Assembly: GCA_965208325.1 (NCBI GenBank)
Contig: OZ242326.1
Coordinates: 2,048,001-2,112,000, forward strand
Source of the DNA: Candidatus Poribacteria bacterium
Lineage (GTDB): Bacteria > Poribacteria > WGA-4E > PCPOR2b
DNA length: 64,000 bases
Direction: 5' to 3'
Each line of letters opens with the position of its first letter. The stretch's first letter is position 1. The notes beneath the pieces are model-generated. The model ran no database searches. It saw only the letters and a list, made by a program, of their open reading frames with translations, and had not been told where the DNA came from. A program made the position numbers and the translations under genes. Of this stretch, positions 29,301-39,839 are shown piece after piece.

Positions 29301-30221
29301 TCACAAAATTTTCTCGAGTGATAGATCCGGCAACTGAACATCCGCCAACACTCCACTCGTAAAGCTGCTCGACCGGTTATCTTTCCTTTCAAATCTATAA
29401 GAAATGTTAATCACCGCCCTTAAGGGTTGCGAATAATCTACTCTAGAGAGGTAAGGTTCCGGGGTTGATAACTGAGCGAAAACCAATGAATCTGAAGATG
29501 AATCATGAGTTATAATCTCTTTGAGTCCCTCGCCATCATTTCCAGAGGTAGGAGGAGTCCCATTCCAATCCAAGTATTCTGTAGTCAAATCAGTAAGGTT
29601 GGATTGTCGGAGTGTTTTATGAACGAACCGATTCGGTGAAGATGGGGATATTGTCGCGATTTTTTTAAGATTATCCCTAACAAGATTACGGTCCATTTCA
29701 ACATGTGCGTGATAACTCGGCGGCGCATTCAAAAACTGCGGCGCACCAGGTGGATAAAGCCGTTCGTTGCGACTTGTTTGAAATCCTTGGTACACCAACA
29801 GCGTCGTGAGCATAACGAGAAAGATGACCGCATAAGCGGGCGATAATCTCGCCCATCGCCAACTCCACTGAACGGGGTGTCGAATTAGCGAATTCAGAAA
29901 GAAACAACACCGGTCGAAAATCCTTGGACTTCCAGCTACAAATAACAACGATCCAACTAAACGCCTCCACCATGTGGGCCGCGGTCTTTCCTCTATCACT
30001 CGCTGGAGTTGCTGCCAAAACAAGCTGTCATAACCATCGGGGGGAGTCGGGGGAACGTAATAATGGAGTAATGCCTTCGTATTTCTTAAGGACTTCACTT
30101 CTTTCCGACAACCGCGGCAAATCCCAAGGTGTTGCGCAATGGCGACAGTTTGCCCCCTAGAGAGTGTACAGTCTATGTAGTCAGATAAGTAACGCTGAAC
30201 GGATCGGCACTGAGGTTTCAT
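29301..30221 (-). CDS. Anti-sigma factor with zf-HC2 zinc finger and TM helix
   Basis: C...LSDYID..L......HLGICRGC (Hx3Cx2C); located downstream of an ECF sigma gene. Confidence 0.82.
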   Translation of the reverse strand: MKPQCRSVQRYLSDYIDCTLSRGQTVAIAQHLGICRGCRKEVKSLRNTKALLHYYVPPTPPDGYDSLFWQQLQRVIEERPRPTWWRRLVGSLLFVAGSPRIFDRCCFFLNSLIRHPVQWSWRWARLSPAYAVIFLVMLTTLLVYQGFQTSRNERLYPPGAPQFLNAPPSYHAHVEMDRNLVRDNLKKIATISPSSPNRFVHKTLRQSNLTDLTTEYLDWNGTPPTSGNDGEGLKEIITHDSSSDSLVFAQLSTPEPYLSRVDYSQPLRAVINISYRFERKDNRSSSFTSGVLADVQLPDLSLEKIL

Positions 30222-30264
30222 GATTACCTCATTCTTCTAATGAAACAAGGTACAGCCTAAAATC

Positions 30265-30855
30265 TTACGGAGAGAGATTAGTCAATTCCACATAAGATTT
30301 CAACCGCTCCCTGAGTTTTTTTCTGGCGTAGTGCAAACGAGATCTTACAGTGCCCTCAGAACAGTTGAGAATCGACGCAATTTTGGCATGCGTTAATCCT
30401 TCAAACTCGTGCAAAATTACAACCATTCGATGCTTAATTGGCAAACTATTTACTGCCTGAGTAACGTGTCTTTGTAGTTCTTTCCTTTCAACACTCAAAT
30501 GAGGGTTATTCCTAAAATTGGATGCACGCTTCAATTCTGAACGAATTTGAGTTTCGGTTGTTCCAGATAGCGGGGCTTCACGCCGGCGTTCCCGGCGTTT
30601 GACAAGGTTTATTGCCTGATTGACAACAATGCGATAAAGCCAAGTTTCAAAGGCAGATTCCTTCCGAAAGCTATGAATCGATTCATAAACTTTCAAAAAC
30701 GTATCTTGCATGACATCGTTAGCGTCTTCGTGATTTTTGGTAATCTGGAAAGCTAGACGGTAGACATGCCTTTTGTGTTTCTCGACAATAACCGCTAACG
30801 CCGTCATATCTCCTGCGCGGAGATCTTCGATAAGCAAACATTCGGTTCGTTCCAC
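30265..30855 (-). CDS. ECF RNA polymerase sigma factor (RpoE/SigW-like)
   Basis: DA.DVMQDTFLKVY, FETWLYRI.VN, IASILNCSEGTVRSRLHYARKKL. Confidence 0.95.
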   Translation of the reverse strand: MERTECLLIEDLRAGDMTALAVIVEKHKRHVYRLAFQITKNHEDANDVMQDTFLKVYESIHSFRKESAFETWLYRIVVNQAINLVKRRERRREAPLSGTTETQIRSELKRASNFRNNPHLSVERKELQRHVTQAVNSLPIKHRMVVILHEFEGLTHAKIASILNCSEGTVRSRLHYARKKLRERLKSYVELTNLSP

Positions 30856-30893
30856 TGGGCATTATCTCCCTAGTTTTCCACTTTCAAGTTATA

Positions 30894-30922
30894 TTAGACA
30901 ACGAAGGCTCAAAAACCGTTCA
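30894..30922 (-). promoter_or_regulatory. Candidate autoregulatory ECF promoter
   Basis: Minus strand TGAAC-N17-TGTCTAA, about 40 nt upstream of the sigma start codon. Confidence 0.55.
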
Positions 30923-31005
30923 AAAAATTTTGGATGTTTTCTCATGCCCATTAAGCAGCCAATTTCCGTTGCCAGGAAAACGAAAATCTGCGGAACACCG
31001 CGGTG

Positions 31006-32505
31006 CTAATCACATGTGTAACTCAGCAACAATTCCCGTTTAGGCGGCGAGACACGGTGGTTGGCTAAATTTCGTTGATTCATATAATACACATGGATGG
31101 ATTGAAGTTGTTCCATTTCGATGTGCGACTCGTTCCACCGGCGGCACAAATACTCTCCATAATGGATTCTATATGGGTCTCCCAACTTTACGAATTTCCG
31201 CATATACCTCCGCCACCGTGCGCTCTCGTAGAGCGAAATCACCAGATCGGGTTTTTCCCACAGAACTTCTTCCCCAGGCTTCAAAAGGTTTACCCTCGTA
31301 CCGTCTTTCAGTTGCCCGGTGATAACGAACCATCCATTTTTTTTCGACGGTCCTGCGAACACCCCCCAAGCCTGATCCAACCCAAGGGCATATCCAACTG
31401 GATTGATAACATCAGGGAAAAACCGATAGAGCGGTTTGTTGGCGGTTCGAAGGTTCCAAAACAACACGTAAATCATCAGAAACACAACGGCGCCATTCAA
31501 CAGGCGCGCCCAAATCGTCTTGTTTCCTTGGCGATTGAGTGCGGGTGACTTTATTTTCAGGCGATCCCAGACCCAACTTGGAATGAATAGAAGCCACGCA
31601 GCGCTACAGATATATCCGAACAGCCACAACTCGAGACAAAGCCCCATGCCCAAGTGAAACAACCAAAACGCCGCGATGATACCGCACCGAATCGGCCCCT
31701 TGGCAACAATGGGGAACAGTGCGAGCAACGGCCCAAATAGCTCAAGCCCCAATGTGCCATAGTTGAGCAACTTCAAAATGATTGGGTTAGCATCAAGAAG
31801 CCACTTTCCGATGGGCGTCACATACCGATCGAGCATCAACGCATAATAGACACCGTCACCTTGGATATACCATGTATTGCGTGATTTCAATAACCCAGCG
31901 AACCAGTATATTATGCAGACCTGCAGCAGTATTGCCGCTGCACTTATGGAACGGACAGCGCTTGAGGCGCGGCGGGAACCCCGGTTCCGACAAGCATCAA
32001 CGCCGAAACGGCTGCCAAGCGGCAAAAACATACTCCAAAACAACAACACTCGCAGCACATGGTCACCGCCTTGAAGTACCTGCGGGTTTCGCCGATGCAA
32101 CGACAGTATCAATAGCCAAACAATCGGAGTTACTAGCCGTGTATGGTAACCAACGAGCATTGCAAGGGCGAATGCACCCGTAATGAGGAATAAAATCGCT
32201 TGAAACTCAACGGAACCATTGAACAAGTGCAGCGAAAATCCCCCTAAGGGAAGCCGCTTTCGCGCCGGTGCTATCGGCCATGCACCTTCGTCCGCATAAT
32301 GCGCAGTCAAATCACCCGCACGCGTCAACAAGTCAACCAGAATCAATGTGGCGATTGCAATGCGAAACACCGCTAGTGACCGCAAATCTATCGAAAGTAC
32401 TTCGCAGATTCTGGGAAACCACAGCGACGATTTGCTTGCCAAGAATGTGTAAAGGTTTGTGAGTTTCAACCCGCCTGTCCCAAAAGTACAATCCCGGTTT
32501 CTCAC
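31006..32505 (-). CDS. HTTM-domain membrane protein; start uncertain
   Basis: IDLRSLAVFRI, LH.RNP.VL.GGD..LR..LFW..FLP.G, Y.FAGLLK, GLDQ.W.VFA. Confidence 0.88.
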   Translation of the reverse strand: MRNRDCTFGTGGLKLTNLYTFLASKSSLWFPRICEVLSIDLRSLAVFRIAIATLILVDLLTRAGDLTAHYADEGAWPIAPARKRLPLGGFSLHLFNGSVEFQAILFLITGAFALAMLVGYHTRLVTPIVWLLILSLHRRNPQVLQGGDHVLRVLLFWSMFLPLGSRFGVDACRNRGSRRASSAVRSISAAAILLQVCIIYWFAGLLKSRNTWYIQGDGVYYALMLDRYVTPIGKWLLDANPIILKLLNYGTLGLELFGPLLALFPIVAKGPIRCGIIAAFWLFHLGMGLCLELWLFGYICSAAWLLFIPSWVWDRLKIKSPALNRQGNKTIWARLLNGAVVFLMIYVLFWNLRTANKPLYRFFPDVINPVGYALGLDQAWGVFAGPSKKNGWFVITGQLKDGTRVNLLKPGEEVLWEKPDLVISLYESARWRRYMRKFVKLGDPYRIHYGEYLCRRWNESHIEMEQLQSIHVYYMNQRNLANHRVSPPKRELLLSYTCD

Positions 32506-32684
32506 GAGTACGGAATTTCCGAGGAGGCTCGCTCAATTCAAATTTCTACAACAACCGTCAATCTAGCGCACGCGGTACGTCCGAAAACCGATGCCTGCGC
32601 AAGTTACGGTCGGGAGTCGAATAGATATCTGACGCCATGGGTTTTGACCATTTTTTCCACGTTTCACGCCGCTTTTTCAGCTAT

Positions 32685-34046
32685 TTATTCATTTTCACCT
32701 ACTCGGGGTTCTTCTCGGCCTTTGTTTTCTTCCCTCCTTTTGGAATTCCGCAGCGTTTTGGAGATTTGTGAATCGAATTGATCGGAAATTCCAAGTAAAC
32801 ATTCCAGTAATTTAACTCCGTCCTGATAATTCCCGACAAGTATTTCGCTCTCACCTGCAGCGATTAACCGTCTGATAGCGTTCATGTCAACGGACGCCAG
32901 TCTCCGATACATCGCCCTAGTTTTATCCCATGCAGCTACCTCTTTATAGCAAATTCCAAGGTTTAGATAGAGGTTAGGAAGGTCTATATCGCGCACCCCC
33001 AGATCGAGGGCTTTTTCTAAACAAGCGCCGGCACGCTTGTAATCTTCCGACATATAATGCATTAAACCCAAATTATAGACTACATCATTCAGCAAAGCGC
33101 CATCTCCAGCCATACTTGCCTTTACGTCTGGCCCCTCAAGTAAACCGCTTGCCTTCAACAGACGACGTGGATTGTATCCAAATGTTGGCGATGCCAACCA
33201 ACTTTTGAATTCCGCCCGTCGATTTAGGGATGGCTTTGGCGCCGCATCGCGTATCTGGGTAAGCGTTTGATTTTTGTTATTCGGAAGCGGCTCGGGCGGT
33301 AATTTTGCCGATGTTTCCGCATTAGAAACCACAAAGCCACCAAGTGCTGCCAGTCGTTGCTGCGCAAGCGCGCATTCCTCCGCCGCATTTGGAAACTCAG
33401 CAATTACTCGCCGATAGGTCTCCGCCGCATTTTCTGAGGAATTAAGGGATTCATGAATTGTTCCGACCTTCAATAACACTCCAGGAATACGCGAATCAGC
33501 GGGGTAACGGGTTTCATAATTTGCTAACGCTTTGAGCGCAGCCGTGTTTGCCCCCAGTTGGACGTAGCAATCGGCAAGATGCAATCGTGCTGTTCGAGTT
33601 CGTGGATCCTGGGAAAAATCTAGGATGAATTGAAGGTATCTGTTCCGGGCATCATCATAGCTCCCGTTTTCATAGCTCCGGTTTGCAAGCAGCCACAACG
33701 CATCACCCGCCTGTGAACTTGTCGGATAAGATTGGACGATTTTCTTAAAAATCTTTATTGCTTTTTCATCTTCACCGGGCTGTCCGCTGTAAATCATCCC
33801 AATTTTGAGATGGGCAATTCGAGCTTGTTCTGAGCCGGGATTGGCTCGCATAATCTGCAAGTTACGGACTATCGCGCTTTGAGGGTTTCCATCGGGAAGC
33901 TGATTTTCAATGCGCAACATGGGTGACCGGGAGGAACAACTCACCGCCCACAAGAAGAACCAAATTGCTCCGAGACGAAACATAACGTACCGCAGGGCAC
34001 ACGTTGCCATAGGGATATGAGTATCTTCTACGAAACGCAAGTTCAA
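32685..34046 (-). CDS. TPR lipoprotein-like protein (BamD/CpoB-type repeats); true start may be ATG 33983
   Basis: Lipobox-like AVSC; repeated YP.S..A..AL TPR units. Confidence 0.75.
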   Translation of the reverse strand: MNLRFVEDTHIPMATCALRYVMFRLGAIWFFLWAVSCSSRSPMLRIENQLPDGNPQSAIVRNLQIMRANPGSEQARIAHLKIGMIYSGQPGEDEKAIKIFKKIVQSYPTSSQAGDALWLLANRSYENGSYDDARNRYLQFILDFSQDPRTRTARLHLADCYVQLGANTAALKALANYETRYPADSRIPGVLLKVGTIHESLNSSENAAETYRRVIAEFPNAAEECALAQQRLAALGGFVVSNAETSAKLPPEPLPNNKNQTLTQIRDAAPKPSLNRRAEFKSWLASPTFGYNPRRLLKASGLLEGPDVKASMAGDGALLNDVVYNLGLMHYMSEDYKRAGACLEKALDLGVRDIDLPNLYLNLGICYKEVAAWDKTRAMYRRLASVDMNAIRRLIAAGESEILVGNYQDGVKLLECLLGISDQFDSQISKTLRNSKRREENKGREEPRVGENE

Positions 34047-34117
34047 ATGATGGTTGGCTATCTAGCGCGCACGACCTACTGAATGTCCATTGAAACGTCT
34101 ACAAACTGAATGAAAAA

Positions 34118-34158
34118 CAAAAAAGGACAATATGTACACGACATATTGTCCTTTTTTG
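34118..34158. terminator. Bidirectional intrinsic terminator
   Basis: AAAAAAGGACAATATGT...ACATATTGTCCTTTTTT perfect inverted repeat. Confidence 0.8.
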
Positions 34159-34194
34159 CATACTGGAACCTTTAAGCTAAAATAAAAACCGCAA

Positions 34195-34890
34195 TTATTC
34201 TTTGCCTTTGGTTGTGAATGAAATTGAGTCGGACAATTCATTCCCGGCTCCGTCCGCGGTCGAAACTGAAATCTCATACGATGTTTCGTTGCCAAGTTCC
34301 GCGCCTTTTGCAGGAACAATTGTTACAGAGTTATCACTCCATTCTGCCAACCAATTGAGCGCGTCTCCACCCTCGATTGAGATTGAGATATCGCCCTCGC
34401 TAACATTTTCGCTGAACGTAATGGAGATGCCGTCCGTGTTCAGTCCTGCCGGGTCAACGTCTTTGTCACCGTCACTTACCGAACTGTCCGTAATGGTGGG
34501 CGGGTCCGTGTCAGCGGTTTCTTGTATGGTTAAGGCGACACTTGCCGATCCGGCAGTACCGTCTTTGTTTGTCCAGCCGATGTTCAGCGTTGCGCTCCCC
34601 GCCGGCAAATTAAGACCTGCAAGATTTAAGGACCAGGTTTTCCCGGAACCCGCAGCAGCCGTGCCATTAACCGTCACGCCGTCAACTGCTTCATCCAGCG
34701 TAATTGTGAGGTTCGCATTTGGAGCAACTTCGCTGCCCGCTGCGGGCGACGTAGTAGCGGTCGTCGCCGAAGGCTGTACCACAGCATCCTCACCATCGTC
34801 CTCACCAGTCTCGTCGCCACCACAGCCGACCATAAAAACAACTAGCATTGCAGCCATTATAACAGCTAAGGTTCTCAACAATTTTTGCAT
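34195..34890 (-). CDS. Lipoprotein with two bacterial Ig-like (Big_5-type) domains
   Basis: Signal ending MVGC; DTDPPTI..S, ISITFSE.V, D.AGN.L.....FTT. Confidence 0.85.
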   Translation of the reverse strand: MQKLLRTLAVIMAAMLVVFMVGCGGDETGEDDGEDAVVQPSATTATTSPAAGSEVAPNANLTITLDEAVDGVTVNGTAAAGSGKTWSLNLAGLNLPAGSATLNIGWTNKDGTAGSASVALTIQETADTDPPTITDSSVSDGDKDVDPAGLNTDGISITFSENVSEGDISISIEGGDALNWLAEWSDNSVTIVPAKGAELGNETSYEISVSTADGAGNELSDSISFTTKGKE

Positions 34891-35731
34891 TAGATTACTC
34901 CTTCATGAAAGAAATTTAAAAACGACAAAATGACTGTGTCAAATTTTTGCAACCTGATACAGTTTTCAACGTCAAATCCTTTGTATTCCCTCTCGGGAAG
35001 ATGGTTAAGACGAATATTCAGACCGCTGTTGGAAACGCCTTCGAGCCAACAACAATTCCAAATTGAAATTGAAACGTTGTTTGAAATCAGATGCGAGCAT
35101 TTTCGATTGACAAACGCTCTTGTGTCTTGCTTTTCCTGAAACGTGGATTATAGTCTACCAAATTTTACAATTTTTGTAAAGAAAAATCTTCACATAAATT
35201 GAAAAATTCGGTCATTAGTAAATCCTGCTTCAACGAGCATTGCTGAAAACTCAAGCGTTGGTTATTGGAATAACTGTTTCAGATAAAGTCTTCCTGCCAA
35301 CAATAGCCGCAGCCCGTTGATTCACATGCGCAGGTTTACGCTTTTTGCAAAGGATTGCCGGTGGGGCCGGTATTTACCGATTCAAACGCGAGCCAAAGTT
35401 CTCTACCGGACACATATACAGTTTTAGTCATTTTCCGCCGCCACGCTCAATCTCAAACTAAGGCATTTGGGCGGAAAAACCAGACACATACAGAAACTCT
35501 CGCCCATTCTCTTTTTGAGAATGGCGCAAGTATAGCACATTACAAAAAACTTTGCAACAAAAAATTGAACGGTATTTCTCAACCGCAAGCAAATGTTCAG
35601 AAAACTCGAATTCATGCTTGTTAGCGCAACCGAACGAACTCTGAAATCTTTGTAAATCAATCCCAATATCAATTAGCTATGCTCTTAAGCCTACGTGAGG
35701 CGAATTACTTGCCTGTTACGGCAATTTCCGG

Positions 35732-36628
35732 TTAATCTCCCCATGCGGCGCCTCGGGGAACCCACAACCATTGCCCTTCATAAATTCGATCGCGGTCAAA
35801 ATCGTAATCATCTTGATTAGCTTCGACCAGCCTTGGCCAGAGTTTGTCGTTGTCATAAACCTCCGGGCGAGCGGCAATCGTTGGGAGTGTATCACCTTTA
35901 CGAACATGGTATCGGTTCACCTTCTCAGGTGAAGCAATTGTAAAGCTAAACGAATAAGGTTCAGACATAGCGTTGCCAGCCGTGTCCGTGACACCGGACA
36001 CAGTAACACTGTATTGCCGCCCTGCCCGCATCGGTGCGTCCGAAACAAAGGTCACCATATTGTCGGATCCGCCGATATTTCCCAAAACTGGACCGGATTC
36101 CTGGCTCATTGAGTCCGGGGTCGGTTCAACTTGAACTGCAATAGCGCCTGATTGACTATCGACGTTTTCGTCAAAAGTAATCGACACGGCAACATTCACC
36201 TTCAGTGAATCATCATACTCAGCTATTATTGTCCCATCTGAAGGTTCTGACGCAGTAATGTTCGGCGGGGTAGCATCAGTGTAAACGAATTTTTGACCTA
36301 ATGTCACCGGTTCTTCAGGTTTACTGTTGTTTGTTACCACAACCGCAGCGGATTGCCCCGCCATGCCCGCCGGCGTTACTGCTGTAATTTCAGTTTCGCT
36401 TGGAACATTTACATTGGTGCCCGCTTTCCCGTCGAAAGTCACAACCACACCGTTCTTCATGTCAAACTTGTCGCCTGAGATTCTGACCGTTGTCCCACCT
36501 GTCTCCGGCCCTTCAGTTGGGCTCATACTTTGCGGTTCAGGTGGAGAAGCGCAACCCGCGCAGCCGGATATCCATGCGGCCACAAATGTCAAAGCAACAA
36601 TTGTTGTGAAATTTCTGAATTTCCTCAT
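35732..36628 (-). CDS. Lipoprotein with IPT/TIG, Big_5 and LysM domains
   Basis: ISGC lipobox; SPTEGPETGGTTVRISG (IPT); VTDTAGNAM..YSFSFT (Big_5); YHVRKGDTLPTIA...IYEGQWLWVP (LysM). Confidence 0.88.
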   Translation of the reverse strand: MRKFRNFTTIVALTFVAAWISGCAGCASPPEPQSMSPTEGPETGGTTVRISGDKFDMKNGVVVTFDGKAGTNVNVPSETEITAVTPAGMAGQSAAVVVTNNSKPEEPVTLGQKFVYTDATPPNITASEPSDGTIIAEYDDSLKVNVAVSITFDENVDSQSGAIAVQVEPTPDSMSQESGPVLGNIGGSDNMVTFVSDAPMRAGRQYSVTVSGVTDTAGNAMSEPYSFSFTIASPEKVNRYHVRKGDTLPTIAARPEVYDNDKLWPRLVEANQDDYDFDRDRIYEGQWLWVPRGAAWGD

Positions 36629-36812
36629 GCGTTTTTCTCCTGAACAATTAAGGTTTGAAAATCACCCAATGCGAAGTCGCGTAGCGATTAAAGCGGTTAT
36701 ATTCAATCGGCAATTTCTTCTAGTATACAGGCTAACACGAACTTTGTCAACAGCAAAACGGACTGAATGTGACCAAATGCCGTTTGCCGTCTGCGACGCG
36801 TAGGCCTAAGTT

Positions 36813-38072
36813 CTATAGTCTGACAATATCTGCACCAACGTTCGCTAATTTCGTTTCGATAGATTCATATCCCCGATCGATGTGGTAGACACGAGCTACA
36901 ACGGTTTCACCTTTTGCCACCATACCGGCGAGCACCAAAACCGCCCCGGCCCGAAGGTCGGATGCCATGACTGGCGCTCCGCTAAGCTTATCGACGCCGC
37001 GAATTATGGCGCGGTTACCCTCAATGTCGATATTGGCGCCCATACGGTTTAGTTCGCTGACATGCATGAATCGATCTGTATGTATAGTCTCGGTAACTGT
37101 ACTGATTCCAGGGGTAACGCTGAGAAGTCCAATAATCTGCGCCTGCATGTCTGTCGGGAAACCTGGAAATGCCTCTGTATTGACGTCGATAGCGGCTAGT
37201 TGGCGAGGCGTTGTGACACGAACGCCGTTCTCTTCCCAATCCAATTGAACACCCGCTTCAAGTAGTTTGTCTGAAACTGCACCAAGGTGATTGCGGAGCG
37301 CATTTTTCACAAAGACATCACCGTTAGTAATTGCACTCGCTACCATGAATGTGCCTGTCTCAATGTCATCTGGAATCACGGTATACTCAGTGCCTCGTAA
37401 TTGCTTGACACCGTGAATTTTCAGAACTGGTGTTCCAACGCCTTTTATTTCTGCTCCCATCGCATTGAGAAAGTTCGCAAGATCGACGATGTGCGGTTCA
37501 CGAGCGGCATTGCGAATGGTTGTTGCGCCTTCCGCCAATGCAGCGGCCATCATGACGTTCGCTGTTGCGCCGACGCTTGGCCCATACCTGCCCTTCAAAT
37601 TCATTTTAGCGCCAATCAATCGATCGGCTTCCGCAGTTATGTAACCGCCTTCGACCGTAATTCTTGCTCCCAGGCACTCTAACCCTTTCAAGTGCAGGTC
37701 TATAGGACGCGGCCCAATCGAGCATCCACCAGGAAACGCGACTTTTGCCTTACCTAAGCGCGCGACGAGGGGACCCAAAACGTACACTGATGCGCGCATC
37801 TTCCGAACCAAATCATAGGGCGCTTCGTAAGCCATGCGGTTTATCGGCTTGATATGGAGCGTGGCATTTTTGTACTTCGCCGTTGCTCCCAGCGTTTCAA
37901 GGACACCGCATAGCGTCTCAACGTCCCTGAGATTTGGAACATTGTGGATGACGCTTGCGCCATCCGCTAAGATTGCTGCAGCAATGGCAATGGGAAGCGC
38001 GGCGTTTTTTGAACCGCTGACGGATACGGTGCCTTCAAGCCGTTTGCCGCCATTGATAACTAATTTATCCAT
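36813..38072 (-). CDS. murA: UDP-N-acetylglucosamine 1-carboxyvinyltransferase
   Basis: GSKNAALP, MRAS..VLGPL, PGGCSIGPRPIDLH, PGFPTDMQ, HIDRGYE. Confidence 0.98.
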   Translation of the reverse strand: MDKLVINGGKRLEGTVSVSGSKNAALPIAIAAAILADGASVIHNVPNLRDVETLCGVLETLGATAKYKNATLHIKPINRMAYEAPYDLVRKMRASVYVLGPLVARLGKAKVAFPGGCSIGPRPIDLHLKGLECLGARITVEGGYITAEADRLIGAKMNLKGRYGPSVGATANVMMAAALAEGATTIRNAAREPHIVDLANFLNAMGAEIKGVGTPVLKIHGVKQLRGTEYTVIPDDIETGTFMVASAITNGDVFVKNALRNHLGAVSDKLLEAGVQLDWEENGVRVTTPRQLAAIDVNTEAFPGFPTDMQAQIIGLLSVTPGISTVTETIHTDRFMHVSELNRMGANIDIEGNRAIIRGVDKLSGAPVMASDLRAGAVLVLAGMVAKGETVVARVYHIDRGYESIETKLANVGADIVRL

Positions 38073-38391
38073 CGTACAGCCTCCTTGTTATCTAATCGCC
38101 GGTGTCATGTCGTATCAAGCACGTGTGAGGACAAATTGACAAGTCTCGATTTTACCTATGTTCCATTTCCTTAATGGCATGACACTAGCAAAATGACTTC
38201 CTTGTGTTATGAACCAACGATATCAACACGCCGTTCGTTTCGCTGAAGGCTAAACCGGTTTTAAATTCAGATGCACGGTGTCAAGAGAACGCCGCGTCTG
38301 CATTCCGCCGCAGGTTATGGATTTGCTGCGGGGATATTGACTGATGAGTGTTGATCGGCGAGGAATTGTGGTTCCGTTTGCGTATCGGTTT

Positions 38392-38955
38392 CTAGAAGGG
38401 TCTGCCCATCCGGTTGAGGGCTGCAGGGACTTCATTCCTAACGGGTTTGATTGTTTTCAGATACGCCCACATCGCCTTAAGATCGGCATCGCTCATGTTT
38501 GCGTAAGCGTTTTTGGGCATCGGCGGGAGAATGCGCCGATTATTTTTGTCACCTTGATGGAATCCGGTCCGCATTGCATCAATAAACATTTTTTCTGTCC
38601 ATTCACCCAGTCCTGTTTCGTTATGGGGCGTCAGATTCGCGGCAAATGTTGTTCCGAAGGGACCGGAAAATGCGGCTAGTGTAGGAGCAGTTAACATGAA
38701 AATATCCTGTTGTATCAAACTAAAATTGTATTTGGGATGTGGTGCATTTGCCGGATGTCCGGCGAGGTACATTTTCATGTTTGGTTCAGCTCGTTCGCGC
38801 GGTGTGTGACAATGACCACAAGCCCCGACCGCATCCACAAGATATTTTCCGCGTTTGACCATGTCACCTTGGCTTTGCGCACGATTAAAAGTAAGTATCG
38901 TGAGCGTTAATGTTGAAATAATTATTGCCCCAAGTATCCACCTTTTTTTGCTCAT
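38392..38955 (-). CDS. Periplasmic monoheme cytochrome c
   Basis: Signal peptide, RGKYLV...CGHCHTP, ANLTP...TGLG.W, PPMP...Y, DLKA.WAYL. Confidence 0.88.
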   Translation of the reverse strand: MSKKRWILGAIIISTLTLTILTFNRAQSQGDMVKRGKYLVDAVGACGHCHTPRERAEPNMKMYLAGHPANAPHPKYNFSLIQQDIFMLTAPTLAAFSGPFGTTFAANLTPHNETGLGEWTEKMFIDAMRTGFHQGDKNNRRILPPMPKNAYANMSDADLKAMWAYLKTIKPVRNEVPAALNRMGRPF

Positions 38956-39213
38956 CCCTTTTGTCCCCTTTTTATGATGGTTAGTAAGCCAACTCAAAAA
39001 ACCTCAAACCATAGTGAATTATATCACTGCTTATATCCGTTTTCAATATTGGCTTTTGCCCATGCACCGATTGAACCCAATTATTTTGATTGCCCTAAGC
39101 ATTCAAATTCGGCTTGATCCTACGAGCGAAGTTTGATAGACTTTTCACGAGAAATAAGAGCGAATTTATGCTTTGCTTTCAACACAGCACATCAACGCGG
39201 AATGAGGCCAATT

Positions 39214-39624
39214 ATGGACTGTATTTTTTGCGCTATAGCTGGGAACGCAATACCAGCTACGAAAGTCTACGAAGAAGACCAGATTCTCGCTTTTATGGAT
39301 ATCAACCCGGCGAATCCGGGACATCTTCTTGTCATTCCGAAACGACATTATCGAAACATTTTTGACATTGACGCCGAGACGGCTGGAAAGATTATGCAAG
39401 TTGGAACGCAGCTTGCGAGCGTCATAAAAACAGCCCTGAATCCAGATGGGCTCAATTTGTTACAGTCGAGCGAGCCCGCGGCATTCCAAACTGTATTTCA
39501 TTTTCACTTACATCTCATCCCACGTTGGGAAGACGATACGCTAGTTCTGCCGTGGAAACCTCAACAGGGCGATATGAATCAGATTGCGGAAGTTGCGGAT
39601 AAAATTAGACAGCACATTCAATAA
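39214..39624 (+). CDS. HIT family hydrolase
   Basis: DCIFC.I, FMDINP..PGH.LVIPK.H, HFHLHLIPR histidine triad. Confidence 0.95.
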   Translation: MDCIFCAIAGNAIPATKVYEEDQILAFMDINPANPGHLLVIPKRHYRNIFDIDAETAGKIMQVGTQLASVIKTALNPDGLNLLQSSEPAAFQTVFHFHLHLIPRWEDDTLVLPWKPQQGDMNQIAEVADKIRQHIQ

Positions 39625-39839
39625 CCGGTAGAGGTGATTGCTTTTGCAGTGCGGAGATGTCAATCAACCGTGGCGCAAGATGTGAAAAGCGATTAGAAAC
39701 CATCGGCACTACTGCGATTATCATTGGCCCGCTTAAACTCAGGCAATGATTGATTATTTCGGATATGAATTCCCTGTGGAGCAATCTGATAAAATTACTT
39801 GTCACACTCGAAAATTATAAGAGTAAAATATTTTTTCAA

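Noticed and set aside
34202..34933. 243-aa Ser/Pro/Val-rich plus-strand ORF
   Set aside because: Antisense shadow of the Ig-domain lipoprotein, which has a clear signal peptide and domain motifs
38339..38395. CTGATGAG hammerhead-like core
   Set aside because: No properly placed GAAA and no supporting stems found
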